A DNA stretch of 64,000 bases from the human T2T-CHM13v2.0 reference genome, Homo sapiens. A program made the translations under genes and the position numbers. Below the pieces are notes generated by a model. That model was not told where the DNA came from. It saw nothing but the letters and a program-made list of their open reading frames with translations, and ran no database searches. Below are positions 47,067 to 62,839 of the stretch, piece after piece. The DNA is taken from assembly GCF_009914755.1 (NCBI RefSeq), contig NC_060927.1; one strand, 5' to 3'. How positions within the stretch are numbered: the first letter of the stretch is position 1; each line of letters opens with the position of its first letter.

Positions 47067-50000
47067 CTATGTGTGTGTGTCCTAACTATATACAGTGCTA
47101 TAGAATTCATTAATAGGCAGTGGGTAATAAGAATTGAGAGTACATAAATTGAGGGATAAACAGATTTTTTTTTTAATCTACCTGAGAAAAAAGATCAAAG
47201 ACGTCCTGGGAAAAGATGATCATAAGACCAAGCAGAAGTCAGGAAATCGTAACATCAATTTCATTCCCACATTTAAGGAAACTGATACTGAAGTTAAAAG
47301 CGCACAAAAAAGGTTAAGGTCCAAAATTCAACACAATACTAGGGAATAAAAGAGGTATTTAGACTTCTAGATGGGCTCTGTATTTATAAAATATCAAGTA
47401 AACCACACAAATTCTAAAAGATAATTTGTCAAAAGAAAGACAAATTAACAATGAAAATCTAATTATCTTCATGCTCAACAGTTTTGTCATATGACTCAAG
47501 ATCTCAGCCAGTACTTTCCTGGGCTCTACAACAGACCATCACCAAATATGTGTTTATAGAAGCAATTATAATTTTAGGCTGCTACACTGTACAAGACATG
47601 ATGCTAACTACATAATAGAGAAATACTAGAAGAAACATTAAGATTTCAACAATGTTCTTCAATTTTCAGATCTTAATTCTCAGAGTTACTTGTCCTTAAA
47701 GAAAGAAAAGAAAAACCAAGGTTCTAAGATCACTAACAGTACCATCGTCAGTTCTCATCAGATTTGATGGTGTTCAGTCATCCCCTCCTCACTGCTACAT
47801 TTTCAATCTATCCTTGAAGTAAAACAAGAACCTTAAAACTAGGAAACTTTCAACTCAGGCTATAAAATACAGTAAAGATCCTTGAGAATAATTCAGTAAG
47901 TACAATGTGCTAATGGCTACATTTTCAAGAAACACACTAAAAAGCATGGTGCAAAAGATGATGAACATCTTACAGATTCAGTGTAAAGGTGGAAAACAGC
48001 TATGTAGAAGAGGTTCACGAGAAAAAATGCAACCTAAGCCAGGAATTTCATACCGACAAAATAAAAAGTGGAAGTTCTCATGAATTCCTGAAATGCAGGC
48101 CATGTGAGAATCACAAATCAAGAACCCTGGCACAAAAACATGATGTAAATGATTATTTATTTAGCTAGTAATTCTACCAAGTTACAGAAGGGTACAGTGA
48201 CCACTCTTCTGGCTTCGTTGGTATCAATTATTTTGACTACAAAATACGATGGTAAAATCACCACCTACAAGACTTGGGAATACAGACCTCTTATCACCTC
48301 TGAAGTGGTATTTACTGAAAAACAATAACTGGGAATGGGTATGAGACAAGAAGAGATAACAGACTATGTAAGCAGCTGTGGAATTTCTCTGCCCTATTTT
48401 GAAGGAGTACCAAAAAGTAGTACAAACATTTCTGTCAGCGTGTAAATTCCAAATAAACCATGGAAATGTAGCATGTGGCAATAAAAAAGAGGAACTCTTT
48501 TTAGCAAGTGTCAAGAAGAGTGTAAGATAAATTCATAAATAAGTTCTGCTGTTAACTGCCATTCACAAACCAACCAAGAGCCTTTAAATGCAAACAGTAA
48601 AAAAGATTAACACGTATATCTGAACCTGTTATTTCCACATATATGGAAAGTGATTATATTAATACTGTGATTTTCACCTAGTCCCATTAGTACCCTCATG
48701 CTTATTTGCAGGCCTGAATTTCAATGCTGTTCTTATTACCAGTCCAGATATGCCACCACCACCACCATCCACCACCACTCTACCTGCCCTTCTTTCTTCA
48801 GATTTGACTAAACTCAGACATTTCTCCTAAAACTCTAAAGCCCCTGCTCATCCACTGAGTCAGTCTCCCTCTGGGCTTCCCACTTTGATACTACAGAAGC
48901 GGTCAGACATGATTTCCTTTTCATATCTCCCTTCTATACTCATCTAACTTCTTCCCCAGGTTAAGACAGAAGTAGAGACCTATAGTGTCATGCTTCCTCT
49001 CCTCTTGCCACTCCCTATGCCGGTTCTTTCTTGCAAGTTCTAAAATATCTCTTAATTACCCTTTTTCTCATTTTCAATCTTTCCCTCTTTATTTTCCTGA
49101 CTTTAAAGAGTCCTCCCTATACTGAAAATATTCTTCCTTTGATTCTAATCATTAACTCAACTCCAGAATGACTTGCTTTATCAAGACTTATTTCTCACCC
49201 CAAAATAAAGTCTTACTTTTATATTTAACTATTTCATGTACATGTATACTGTTTTGATATTTTAAAGTAAGATACTCTTTGTTGGTATTTCTTATAATAG
49301 CTGTCATTCATTTTCTCATTCAACAGCTATTAAGTGCCTGCTCTGTCAGGCTAAAATACTATAACAAAAACATTTACTGAGATTGTAATATGTGCAAAGT
49401 GCCATTCTAGATACTAAGCACATTCTAAATATCAGATTTCCTTTTCAAAGGTCTTAAAATGTACGTGCAGGGTTCTGATGCATTACCAAAAAAACACCTA
49501 ATACAGACAGCACATGTGTCATACTCTAACTGAACAGAACAGAGAATAAGGGTAGAAATTCAAAGGGAGAAATAAAGACAACGTGAAATAACTGCATCAG
49601 GCTTTGGGGATGAAACAACAGACAATGACAGCTGCAAGTTTAGCACATATATCCCCCCTTTTAACTTTTTCTTGCAAATCTGCTACTCTTCTTAACTTCA
49701 CCTAGTCTCAATAATGATAATAAGCGATGTAACAAATATAAATTGTACCTAAAATAATGTTGCCAGACACAATGTGATGAATAAATATTTCACTACAGTT
49801 GCAAATTTTGGTCTACCCCCTCTCCCCACCTTCCAAACAAGATGACTGACTCCTTGGAATCATTTTAGACTCTTCTCTTCATTCTCAACATCCTGCACCC
49901 ATACCCAGTGACATCCACTTCCCTCCAATTAACCATACCACCCTCACTGACTTAGAGCATTATCATCTCCCAATGTATTCTTCTACAAATAAATTAATAT

Positions 50001-50899
50001 AAAACTATTTCCTTAACATTTCCTCAGTGAGGAATTGGCAACAGACTGTTGCCTATAGTATTCATTATCAGCTCCCCAGCTCAGCTTTCAAAATTCTATA
50101 TGATCCACTTTACAGAAAAGACCTAAGGTACTTGGCAGAAGGATATGACCTTACCATCACTCCTCTCCATTTCTGAAGTCACATGTTCCTATCAATTTTC
50201 AATTTCAAATTTTGGTATTCTCACTCAACTTCCAACCCAGTAGAGTAAAAGGAAGGTGGTCTTTCTGTTTTCCCCTATACTCCTGATTCCATTCCCACCC
50301 ATTTTCATAGCTCTGCTGCTTCACTATCTATTTTATAGTCTCCCTGACACTACTAGCTACTTCTTCTCTTCTTAAAAGCACACTGAAATTTCCCCTGTAA
50401 GTTCTTGTGGACCAAAATTTTTCCAGCTACTATATTCCTTCTTTTGGCCAAACATTTTAAAAGAATAATCTGTAGTCAGCATACAGAGATAAAATAACTG
50501 TGCCCAAATTTAGAGAAATGGTTGTTCTGAGAGTAAAAGTAGTATACACAGCCATATAAAAAAAGATGTGTTTAACTATCACTAGAAGGAACCTGTTCCA
50601 AAATATTGCCTAGGAAACACCCAAGTTAAATCAAGGTGACTAAAAGTATAACTAGTTTAAATGTAAAAGGAAAGGTATAACACAATTAACTGTACTGTAA
50701 ACGTACTGTCTAACGAATGTCAGCAATATTTGGGGGTATTCATGGAGTCCAGAAAAGGAGAAATTTAAGATTTAAATTTAATTTGCATGTATATTTCCAA
50801 GATAGAACTGCAAGAACAGTTTGATGTAACCAGACAACAGGAAGACTTCAAATTCCAAGCTCACAAAGTCACAGAACAGGACAGGGAGGTGAAGCAGTA

Positions 50900-51063
50900 C
50901 ACTGATGGATAGGCCTGTGTGAATCACGAACTATATCTGTCCCGTTTGCCTGATCCATGACCGCATGCAAAATTTTGAAAGGAGCTACATTTGTTAGGGG
51001 AAAGTCCACAGCTATCCTTTGATTTTCGAAAAGGTTCAGAGAGCCACAGTTGGAAACAAACAT
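50900..51063. mobile_element. Old hAT-Charlie MITE fragment (Charlie18-like)
   Basis: atgcaaaattttg...ggggaaagtccacagctatcctttgattttcgaaaaggtt. Confidence 0.5.
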
Positions 51064-51350
51064 TCTGATCTATTTCCCTATTACATTTCTCACTATAAAT
51101 GTAAACTCTGGTTACTATATCAGCATCTTATAGTTTACATAATTAAAGATTAACTAGATGAACTGATCAAATCAAGTTACCTTACCTGAAACAGTGCTGA
51201 CCATCCCTATCCTACTTGGAAATTCTAGTCTTCCAAGTTCCATAAAATCACCTAATTTAAGTTCTCTCCTTTTCTTCATAGCAGTTCTTCTGGATCCATC
51301 CTTCCAGTAATATGTGCCTGTATTTTGTAACAGTTTCAGTAAATCTACAT

Positions 51351-51955
51351 CAGTGGTTCTTAACTCTTTATGTTTAAAGTCGGGAGAATAAAAAAGGAAA
51401 GACTGAAAATGAGAAAAAGGTCAGGGTAATTAAGAGATGTTTTAGAACTTGCAAGAAACAGCCAGCATAGCATGGGGACTCCTGAAGGTCCCTTATGCCC
51501 TTTCAGGTCATTCATGACATCAAAACTACTTTCACAATAGTAGCTGCTTTTTAAAACTCTCTTTCCCTTAAAAGTATACAGTGGCATTTTACAGAGGCTA
51601 ATTAAAATGTGATATCATCACAGACTTAATATATGTCACCACAGATATGCATTATATCCAGTTATATTAAGCCAGATAATAAAGAGATATCAAAAAAATG
51701 TAAAACAATTTCCCTCTTCTCACTAAATTTTTTGTTTTGGAAAACAGTTATTTTTTATTTACAAATGTTACATGCTAACATGTAGTAAGTTTTATTGTGA
51801 CAAATTAATACATAAAACTTTAAATTTCTCAGCTTTAGTTTTGAATATGGTAAATACTGATACATATAACCAACATAAGCAAAAGCTCTGAGGAGTCCTC
51901 AGTATTTTTTAAGAGTATAAAGGGACCCCACGGCCAGAACATTTGAGAGCTGCTA
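51351..51955 (+). mobile_element. Charlie1b-like hAT element with 8-bp TSD
   Basis: cagtggttctt ... tttgagagctgcta; TSD atctacat (51343) / atctagat (51956); internal ctcttctcactaaattttttgttttggaaaa. Confidence 0.88.
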
Positions 51956-52039
51956 ATCTAGATACATCTTAACTATACAATCCCTTTCTCTCTTTCACTC
52001 AATCTCTTTTAATACAGATGCCCGGGCCCTACCAATATA

Positions 52040-53232
52040 AAGAAATTACTATAGATGTTGTGTGCATGTGTGGGTTAGTAGACATACATGTATTTTCCTA
52101 GCTTGTTTGCTGAGGTCACTGAAAAGCAACGACACCCAACACACCTAGCATCCAGAACTTAGTTTCTAAATGCCATTATCCAAACAAAAAAGAACCAGAG
52201 TTCTCTGAGAAGTGGTTGAGCCCAGAGCTGGGTCGGGGAAAAATATAAGATGACTCTAGAAAATCATAATGTCAGAAGCTAAAGTGTTCAAAAAAGGATC
52301 AGAGGATGTCAAAAGGACATAAGACCCAGACTGAAAGAGCTCCTAATGACCAAAGATGGAATCTGAGCAAGAACGTAAGCAACAACAGTACTGGATTATA
52401 ACCCACAGAATAAAATGCATATCCACAGATACAAAATGAAACAGTAAAAACAACAAATAAATGGAGGAAATGGGACAGCTACAAGGAACATCAATATAGA
52501 AGGAATGCGGAAAAGACAAAAATCACAATTAGGTAAACATCATGGTAATAACCATTACAGGCAAGGCCCACCAATAGATGCTGAAGTTAGTGGGCAAAAT
52601 TTTGAGAGAGAGGATATTTAAACGGTCTCAAAGTATCTCCTCCAAGATTATCTGTCAATTATAAAGAAAAAAACAGTAACTCTACAGTGGGGAAACCTGG
52701 CAGATAATCACAGTAAAGAAGGATCAAGGTTACTATCACCAGTTTTAAGACCTATCCACATTATGTGCCCCCGATATGATGCACTGAGGGGGACACAACA
52801 TCACTTCTGTGGGTAGTCAAAAATGTAGAGCATCAATCTAACCATGAGAAAACACCAGAGAAGCTCAAATTAAGAAACAGTCTACAACACAACTGACCAA
52901 CACTCATCAAAGTATAAAGGTCATAAAAGATGAGGAAAAGTCTGCGTTCAACTGAAACAGATTGGAGGTGGCTAAAAAAACAGGATAACTCAATGAAATG
53001 TGGGTCCTGAATTGAATCCTCAAACAGAAAAAGGGTATTTGGAGGGAAACATAAAATTCAAACAAGGTCTGTAGTTTAATACTATTTCACCAATGTTAAA
53101 TTCTTGGTCTTGACAACTGTACCATACGGTTACATAAGTTTTAACATTAGGGGAAGCTGTGTGAAAAGTTCATGCAAACTCTACTATTTCTGCAACTTTA
53201 AGTATAAAATTATTTCAAAATGAAAAGTTAAA
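52040..53232 (+). mobile_element. L1MC/MD-type 3' UTR
   Basis: cacctagcatccagaacttagtttctaaatgccatt, aaagtatctcctccaagatta, gatatgatgcactgagggggacacaacatcacttctgtg, aattatttcaaaatgaaaagtt. Confidence 0.85.
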
Positions 53233-53895
53233 CTAGACTCTGATTTTTCTAACTACAAAAATACTCAGCATTTACATGGCATTTTTATGAGTTTGTGATT
53301 CTGCCTCCTCAGCATATACTAAGATTTATCAGACATTCACTACCATGCACTGTCCTAAGTGCTGAAGATATTAATACAATACATGGGGAAGACATGGTCT
53401 CTAGCCTGTATAGTCTATTGCATTAAATCCTACAGTAACACTATGTTAAGAATTTTCATTAAAAAAATAGAAAACTAAGGCCCAGGAAGGTTGAGTTACT
53501 TGCCTAAAAGCACAGTAATTAAGACAGAAAGACAAAATTTAAACCAAAGTCTTCTGAATCCAGTGACTAAGATCCTAATGATTGTGATCTGTGAATTCTT
53601 TCTTATCCTCATGTTACCAATAAACAAACTAAAATTTCAGGGAGGTAAGTGTCTTACCCAAGTTATTAAGTTGTACAACTAGGACTTAAGATCAAATACC
53701 TTTCAGTCCAGGACTGCTTTTCAATAAATCTAAATTATTCAAACTTATTTAAAAATGCTTTTTATAGAAACATACTGTATTTTTCCACATATGAACTATA
53801 GTTTGGTTGCTTTCAAAATAAGAAAAAAACTTCTAGTGGTTTTAGAACACCTAGTGATTATTACTAAAGGAAAATAAAATGTTAAAAAAAAAATT

Positions 53896-54660
<765 letters not shown>

Positions 54661-54798
54661 AATTAATAGGTGTGTAACTGCTTGGATACACAAAGGATTA
54701 GCAATTTCTATAAAATATCTCTACGTAGACATCTTGATATCTAAAACTCAATATGCCAAAAAAAAAATCTTTCCTTTCACGTTAGATCCTCCTTCTAA

Positions 54799-55210
<412 letters not shown>

Positions 55211-55959
55211 TAAATATAATATACAAATCTAGAAATTATACTTCATATTTCCTTCTTTAGATTATTTATAATGATACTAAGTTGGGACTCTCATACACTA
55301 CTAGAGGGTCATCTTTTGTAGACTACAATTTGGCCAATATACAATAAAAGCCTTAAGAGACCTATACTGAGGAAATACTTTCTCATGACAAAAAAGCACA
55401 TATACAACACCACAGTATTATTTATAACAGTAAGAAAAGGGTGCAAATGTCTAATACCCAATAATAAAGAAATAGGGAGATAAATTATAATACAGCTATA
55501 TGGCATTATACAAATATTAGAAATCTGACTTTTAATGACCAAGATGAAATGCTCATGGTTTAAGGTAAAGTAATAAATATAAATAGGCATGTAGATAAAT
55601 ACATTTTCACAATTTTATACAAACACAAATATAGACACAGCAAATTTTATGCAAACACACCAACTACCTACATAGAAAAAAAAACAAAAAAAGAAACATT
55701 AAAATGCTAGCAATGGTATGTCAAGAGCAGTTTTCCTAAAGTAGTAAGATTATAACAATTTTTATTTTCTTTATAGTTTTAAAATTTATACATTTTTCAA
55801 TCTTAAAAAGATATTAAATCTAGTCCTAGCACAAATCCTTACCATTAATTAAAAAAAAATTATTATCTTAATATACTAAGTTGTTCTAAAAACTGAAACA
55901 CTAACCCAGCAAAGTAAAGTGAAAGGAAATCTCTATGGGTAAGTTTGAGAAAGAAACCA

Positions 55960-57033
55960 GAACTATCAACTAAATCTTAATCTCCACAATTCACATCACC
56001 AGCAAAAATCAATTCCCAGTGGATTACTGATCTAAATGGGAACGGAAAACCATAAAGCCTCCAAAAGTTAAAAAAGGAAAATATCTTCACAATGTTGGGA
56101 CAGGCAAAAATTTCTTAAGAAGGACACAAAAAATACCAAAAGGAAAAGACTTATACAATAAATCGAACCTTATTAACTCCTGTTTACCAAAAAAGTAAAA
56201 AGACCCACCAGAGTCAGAAATGATCACTGCAATACATGCATCCAACCAGTGGATAAAGAACTACTACAAATCTGTAAGAGAAAGAAACAACCTACTAGAA
56301 AACTAAGCAAAAGATGAACATCTACCTTACTAAAAAATAATATTTAAATTGTCAATAAACATGAAAAGATAATCAATTTCATTAGTTACTAGTGAAATGA
56401 AACATTAAGTCATATTGCAATTCCACTATCATACCACCAAAACAGCTAAACTTAAAAGGACTGACAAGATCAAATAGCAAGGATATAGAGCAATTATTAT
56501 AAATTGGCAAAACCAATTTAAAAAACTTCTGTCAGTATGTACTAAAGCTGAACATAGGCATATCCAGTAAATTCAATTCTAAGTATATAACCAACAGAAA
56601 TGAGTACATACACACACAAGTGACATCCAAGAATATTCACAGCAGCACTTAATACCAAACATCTAGAAACAATCTAAATGACTATTAGACTAGAATAAAT
56701 GAAATTCACCCAACTGATGATTCTACAGAAATTACATGCAATAACATGGGTATATCTCATAAACAATGAAAATAAAGAAACCAGATACCTAGTATATAGT
56801 GCCTATGATTCTGCTTATTTCGAATTCAAAGTCAGGTAAAACTAATAGACTATGACAAAAGTGTTGGGGTAGTAGTAATCTTTAGGAACTAGAGGAGTGC
56901 TGTGACCAAAAGGGATTCTATATCTTGATCTTGATAGCAGTTACACGAGATGTTCACTTCAGAGAAATTTAATCAAGATGTACTCTTATGATTTGTGCGC
57001 TTTTCTGTATAAATGTTACATTTCAATAAAAAG
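55960..57033 (+). mobile_element. L1ME-type ORF2 end and 3' UTR
   Basis: aaaaatcaattcccagtggattactgatctaaat, tctatatcttgatctt...gtacttcttatgatttgtg-like UTR, atgttacatttcaataaaaa. Confidence 0.78.
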
Positions 57034-57063
57034 ACATATACCTAGAGCAATGTTATAAATGTG

Positions 57064-57066
<3 letters not shown>

Positions 57067-57109
<43 letters not shown>
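57067..57109. repeat. (AC)21 microsatellite, (UG)21 in the ZNF148 pre-mRNA
   Basis: Uninterrupted acac... run read directly. Confidence 0.98.
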
Positions 57110-57111
<2 letters not shown>

Positions 57112-57271
57112 CTCCTTTCCAATTATTTCATTCAAACAAACCCAGTAATAACAAATGTCAATCAACAGAGGAATGTGATTAAATAAATTATGGCATATCC
57201 TTTAATCACTCATTAAAATAGGGCAGTTTTACATGCAATAACATGGAAATCTCCACAAGATGCGTCATTAA

Positions 57272-57763
<492 letters not shown>

Positions 57764-58113
57764 CTATTTCTTTGGAATTAGAGTAGTAGACAGACATTGG
57801 AAAGAAGGAAATTTTACTTTTCACTTTATTATTTCTTCTACCTTGTTTTAATATTTACAATGACTATGTAGTCCTTTTATAATAAAATGCAAATATAAAA
57901 ACACCAAAGTAGACCTCTCTGAAACTGATGTAGCTAGGCTGACTCTACATACCCTGTCCTAAATGATTTCCAGTTGGTGTACTACTAGTTTAAGAGCATA
58001 ACTCTCCTTCAGTACCACTGTCTCACAATTCCAGATGAAGCAATTAGACATCAAAGGTCAGACAGAACTATATTAAGAGTGTTAGGAGACTGGTTATGTT
58101 ATTAAAGTCAGCT

Positions 58114-58260
58114 GGAAACCGGCTGTGGTGACTTACACCTGTAATCCCAACACTTTGAGAGGCTGAGGCAAAAGACTGGCTTGAAGCCAGGAGTTCAAGG
58201 CCAGCCTGGGCAACCTAGCAAGTTTCCATCTCTGTAAAAAATTTAAAAATAAAAATAATA
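58114..58260 (+). mobile_element. FLAM-like Alu monomer
   Basis: Left-arm monomer with tail; TSD taaagtcagct / taaagtcatct. Confidence 0.88.
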
Positions 58261-58681
58261 AAGTCATCTATAAAGAAATCTTCTACCAACAATTCATGTC
58301 TACTTAAGGGGGAAAAAAAGGATATAAACTGGGTCAAACAACCTTAAGAACTAGTGAGGATACTGAAAAATAGACCATGTTGGGTCAACTCCCTAAAACA
58401 ATCTACTGGAAGAGATAATCTGATTCATCTACTTGCCTGTTGAGTTGAAATCATTAATAATAAGCAATAAACACGACTCTCACCAGGAAAGGAATAGCAC
58501 TCAGTCCATGCTTTCTGCCCAAATAATGATTGCTGTTAGATAATACACTTTTTTAAAGAGCCATGTGGTATGAGAGTAAAATCTTGTGAAAAAACTAGAG
58601 TTGAAGTTAGTTACCATCTATTCTCCTTAAAACAAGCTCAATTAAACTACTTGTGAAAATGATATTCAAATAATACGCTGA

Positions 58682-59018
<337 letters not shown>

Positions 59019-59744
59019 TGAAGCACCTCTTGAAACATATATCCCCAATAAAAGACAATGCAATCACTTCAAAAGGTAAGGACCCAACAGCCAGTGCAAA
59101 AACCAAAACTACTACTGAATCCCTCAAATAAACTTTAAAAGAAATGCAATGGTAATTAAGAATTGGGTATAACTAACGATAGGATTCAAGGAAATTTAAA
59201 AACTAAAAACCAAAACAGAGGTCTTATACCAATGGCCAAATATGTTTTGAGTTTCCTGGGTCATTAAATGAATTAATCATAAACACGAAAATGCGTAACA
59301 GTATGCCTGCAATTTTACACATGCTGCTTTATAGCACAAAAATTCATGACTAACAATGTTACATGAATGCTAAAGCATTTTTTAAGGAATTACACATGCC
59401 TGAAATATTTCATATTTTATTACATCATTATGTGACTAGAGCATGATTTTTTAGATAGTTCCTACTTTATAAAATCTTTTCACTCAAGTGATACAAAGCA
59501 ATAGTTTTCTAGAAGATGAATGCAGCATACACTGTGAATTACAATTTGCTCTGTTTTGCTAATACAGAACATAAGTCCTTCCTCTTAACATGCTTGCCAC
59601 CAAACTGAAAAAATAAAGACCATAAAAATTTATGATTTGCTAAATCCTCCTGAATGGGTCTGATAAGTGTAAAATGGGTAAGCCAAATAGTTTTTTTTAA
59701 TTGCTGAAATAAATTTTGTTTCTGAGTTGAGAGGCTTTCTAATA

Positions 59745-59900
59745 TAGTGCTATCTAATAAAATATTTTGAAATGATGAAAATATCCTTTATGCTATCCAA
59801 TACAGAAGCCATTAGCTACATGTGACTACTGAACACTTGAAATGTGACTAGTGTGACCAAGGAACTGAAAAATTAATTTTATTAAAATCTAATTTAAATG
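59745..59900. mobile_element. MER3-like hAT-Charlie MITE
   Basis: gctatccaatacagaagccattagctacatgtgactactgaacacttgaaatgtgactagtgtgaccaaggaactga. Confidence 0.82.
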
Positions 59901-59961
59901 TCTAAAATATTAAAAAACAAAGTTCTAATGAGAAAGATGTAGACGTTCAAAAGTTGGCCTA

Positions 59962-60086
59962 GGCCAGGTATGGCAGCTCATGCCTGTAATCCCAGCAGGA
60001 TCACTTTTGAGGCCAGGAGTTTGAGACCAGCCTGGGTAACACAGCGAGACCCCATCACTATTAATAAAATTTATTAAAATAAGAAA
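59962..60086 (+). mobile_element. Alu left monomer with internal deletion
   Basis: gcctgtaatcccagca|ggatcactt junction; TSD-like agttggccta / agctggccta. Confidence 0.85.
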
Positions 60087-60500
60087 CAGCTGGCCTATAT
60101 TTTGCTGTTGAAAACATAGTGCCATTGAGCTAAATCTGAGTGACTTAGAGAGCCAAAATAAATCCTGAAAATTGGCAGTTATCACACATGATGACTTATA
60201 CTTCAAATGTCACCAAACACTAGCGAGTTTACATAGGCTACAGAACTTAAATAATTTTAAAACACTAAAAACTCAATTTTTTGCTTTGAACTAACCAAAA
60301 TAAGTTAACATAAAGTTCTTTGTACCTTCCACATGAATGAGCAAATCAAAGAAGAAAATCATTAACATGCTCAATATCAATTTTTAAAAGGCTTTATTTA
60401 GCACAATCTAGAAAAACACTTGAGTAAAGGACTGTTAAGTTTCTACAGTTTTGGGGACCTGTATCATACTATTCTAGATCAATGTTCTCTCTTCAATTCA

Positions 60501-60812
<312 letters not shown>

Positions 60813-60826
60813 AAAAGTACATTCAT

Positions 60827-61140
60827 GGCCAGTTGTGGTGGCTCACACCAGTAATCCCAGCACTTTGGGAGGCCAAGGTGGGAGGATCGCTTGAGCCCAG
60901 GAGTTCAAGAGCAGTCTGGACAACATACTGAGATCCCATCTCTGAAAAAAATTGTGAACATTAGCCAGGCAAGGTGGCACACAACTGTGGTGCCAGCAAC
61001 TTTGGAGGCAACAGTGAGAGGATCACTTGACCCAAAGAGATCAAGTCTGCCATGAACCATGATCATGCCACTGCACTCCAGCCTGGGTGACAGAACAAGA
61101 CCCTGTCTCAAAAAAAAAAAAGAAAAAAAGAAAAGAAAAA
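60827..61140 (+). mobile_element. AluJ full length, directly after the AluS
   Basis: TSD aaaagtacattcat / aaaagtacattaat; ggaggatcgcttgagccc. Confidence 0.93.
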
Positions 61141-61604
61141 AAAAGTACATTAATGAAACCCAGACCTGCCCTTTACCTCCCTGCCTTATCAACAGGAACC
61201 CATAAGTAAGAAGTAAGGGATAGAATTTCTCATGTCTCTTATGTTCTACTATAAACCAATGTTATGCAAACACTTTGCAAATTCTGCCCATCTGGTATAT
61301 CGCATAATACAGCTTTTCATTGATTCATTTTCAGAATGGACTCAAATTTATCATTATCTATTAGGAATAAAAGGACTGAATTATGGGTTACCATAAAAAT
61401 GGAATTATCAAGCAGACACTGAAGTTGTTTTAGAAGAACACACAATTGAGAAAAATTCAAAATATACTGTTAAGTGAAAAGACTACATAAAAAGCAATAT
61501 GATCTTATGTATGGCATGCTTATCAAAAAAGCATAAAGCACATACATTAAAATGTTATGAGTGACTGTATCTGGGTGATAGGGGTATGGTAGGGTATTTA
61601 TTCT

Positions 61605-62770
61605 AGAGATGAATACCTATATTCACAGAAAAACCTGCACACAAATGTTAATAGCAGCTTTATTTTTAATAACCAAAACCTGGAGACAACTAAAATGTCC
61701 CTCAATAAGTGAATGGTAAACTGCGGTACATTGGTGCTATGCAACACTACTACAAAACCAACAGTAAGAAATTACTGATACATGCAACAACCTGGACGAC
61801 TCTCAAGAGCATTACGTTGAGTGAAAAAAATAGTCAATTCCAAAAGGTCACATCCTGTAGGATTCCATTGATACAACATTCTCAAAAATGACACAGTTCT
61901 AGAAATAAACAACAGATTAAGGATATTCAGGGGTTAGGAATGATGGAAGGAAGAGAAGAGGTGTGACTATAGGGGGTAGCACCAGAGAGATCTTTGTTAT
62001 CCTGGCTTAGTTCTGAATCTTGATTGCTTTGGTGGTTACACAAATCTACACATGCTGCAAGGGTCCCCAACTCCCAGGCCGTGGACCAGCACCAAGCCGT
62101 GACCTGTTAGGAACCCGGCTGCACATCAGGAGGTGAGCGGCCAGTGAGCAAGCAAAGCTTCATCTGTATTTACACACTGTCCCCACTGCTTGCATTAATG
62201 CCTGAGCTCTGCCTCCTGTTAGGTCACCGACAGCATTAAATTCTCATAGGAGCTCAAACCCTATTGTGAACTGCACATGCAAGGGATCTAGGTTCCCTGC
62301 TCCTTATGAGAACCTAATGCCTAATTGATGATCTGTCACTGTCTCCCATCACTCCCACATGGGATGGTCTAGTTGCAGGAAAACAAGCCCAGGGCTCCTA
62401 CTGACTCTACATTATGGTGAGTTGTATAATTACTTCATTATATATTATAATATAATAATAATAGAAATAAAGTGCACAATACATGTAATGCTTTTGAATC
62501 ATCCTGAAACCATCTCCACCCCCACCCCATTCGTGGAAAAACTGTCTTCCACAAAACTGGTCCCTGGTGCCAAAAACGGTTAGGGGTTGCTGCATAAAGT
62601 ACTCAACATGGGATACACTGTCGCAATGTGAATTTCTTGATTTTGACATTGCAGTGTATTTATATAAAATGTAACAACTGGGAGAAATTGGATGAGGGAT
62701 GGAGGGGGTCTTCTCTGTACCATTTTTGCCACCTTCCATAAATCTATATAATTTTAAAATAAAAAAATTT
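61605..62770 (+). mobile_element. L1MC/MD-type 3' fragment interrupted by MER1A
   Basis: aaaacctgcacacaaatgttaatagcagcttta, ctgatacatgcaacaacctgga, tggtggttacacaaatctacacatg; resumes after 62592. Confidence 0.82.
62058..62592 (+). mobile_element. MER1A hAT-Charlie element, full length
   Basis: caagggtccccaac ... cctgttaggaacc ... aaactggtccctggtgccaaaaacggttaggggttgctg; about 535 bp. Confidence 0.92.
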
Positions 62771-62839
62771 TTAAGTAAAAGGATAGATTTTTGTCCTTTT
62801 CCCCTTCCTGCTCTTGCCTATCCTCTTATCCTCCAGGAA

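Noticed and set aside
47170-47200. Strong-looking acceptor tcttttttctcag|gtagat 232 nt upstream of the real acceptor
   Set aside because: GTAGAT is a poor donor for a recursive site, and extension would give an immediate stop; no supporting feature.
51176-51200. CAG|GTAAGG on the sense strand
   Set aside because: Pyrimidine tract is only about 6 nt and no good upstream acceptor was found.
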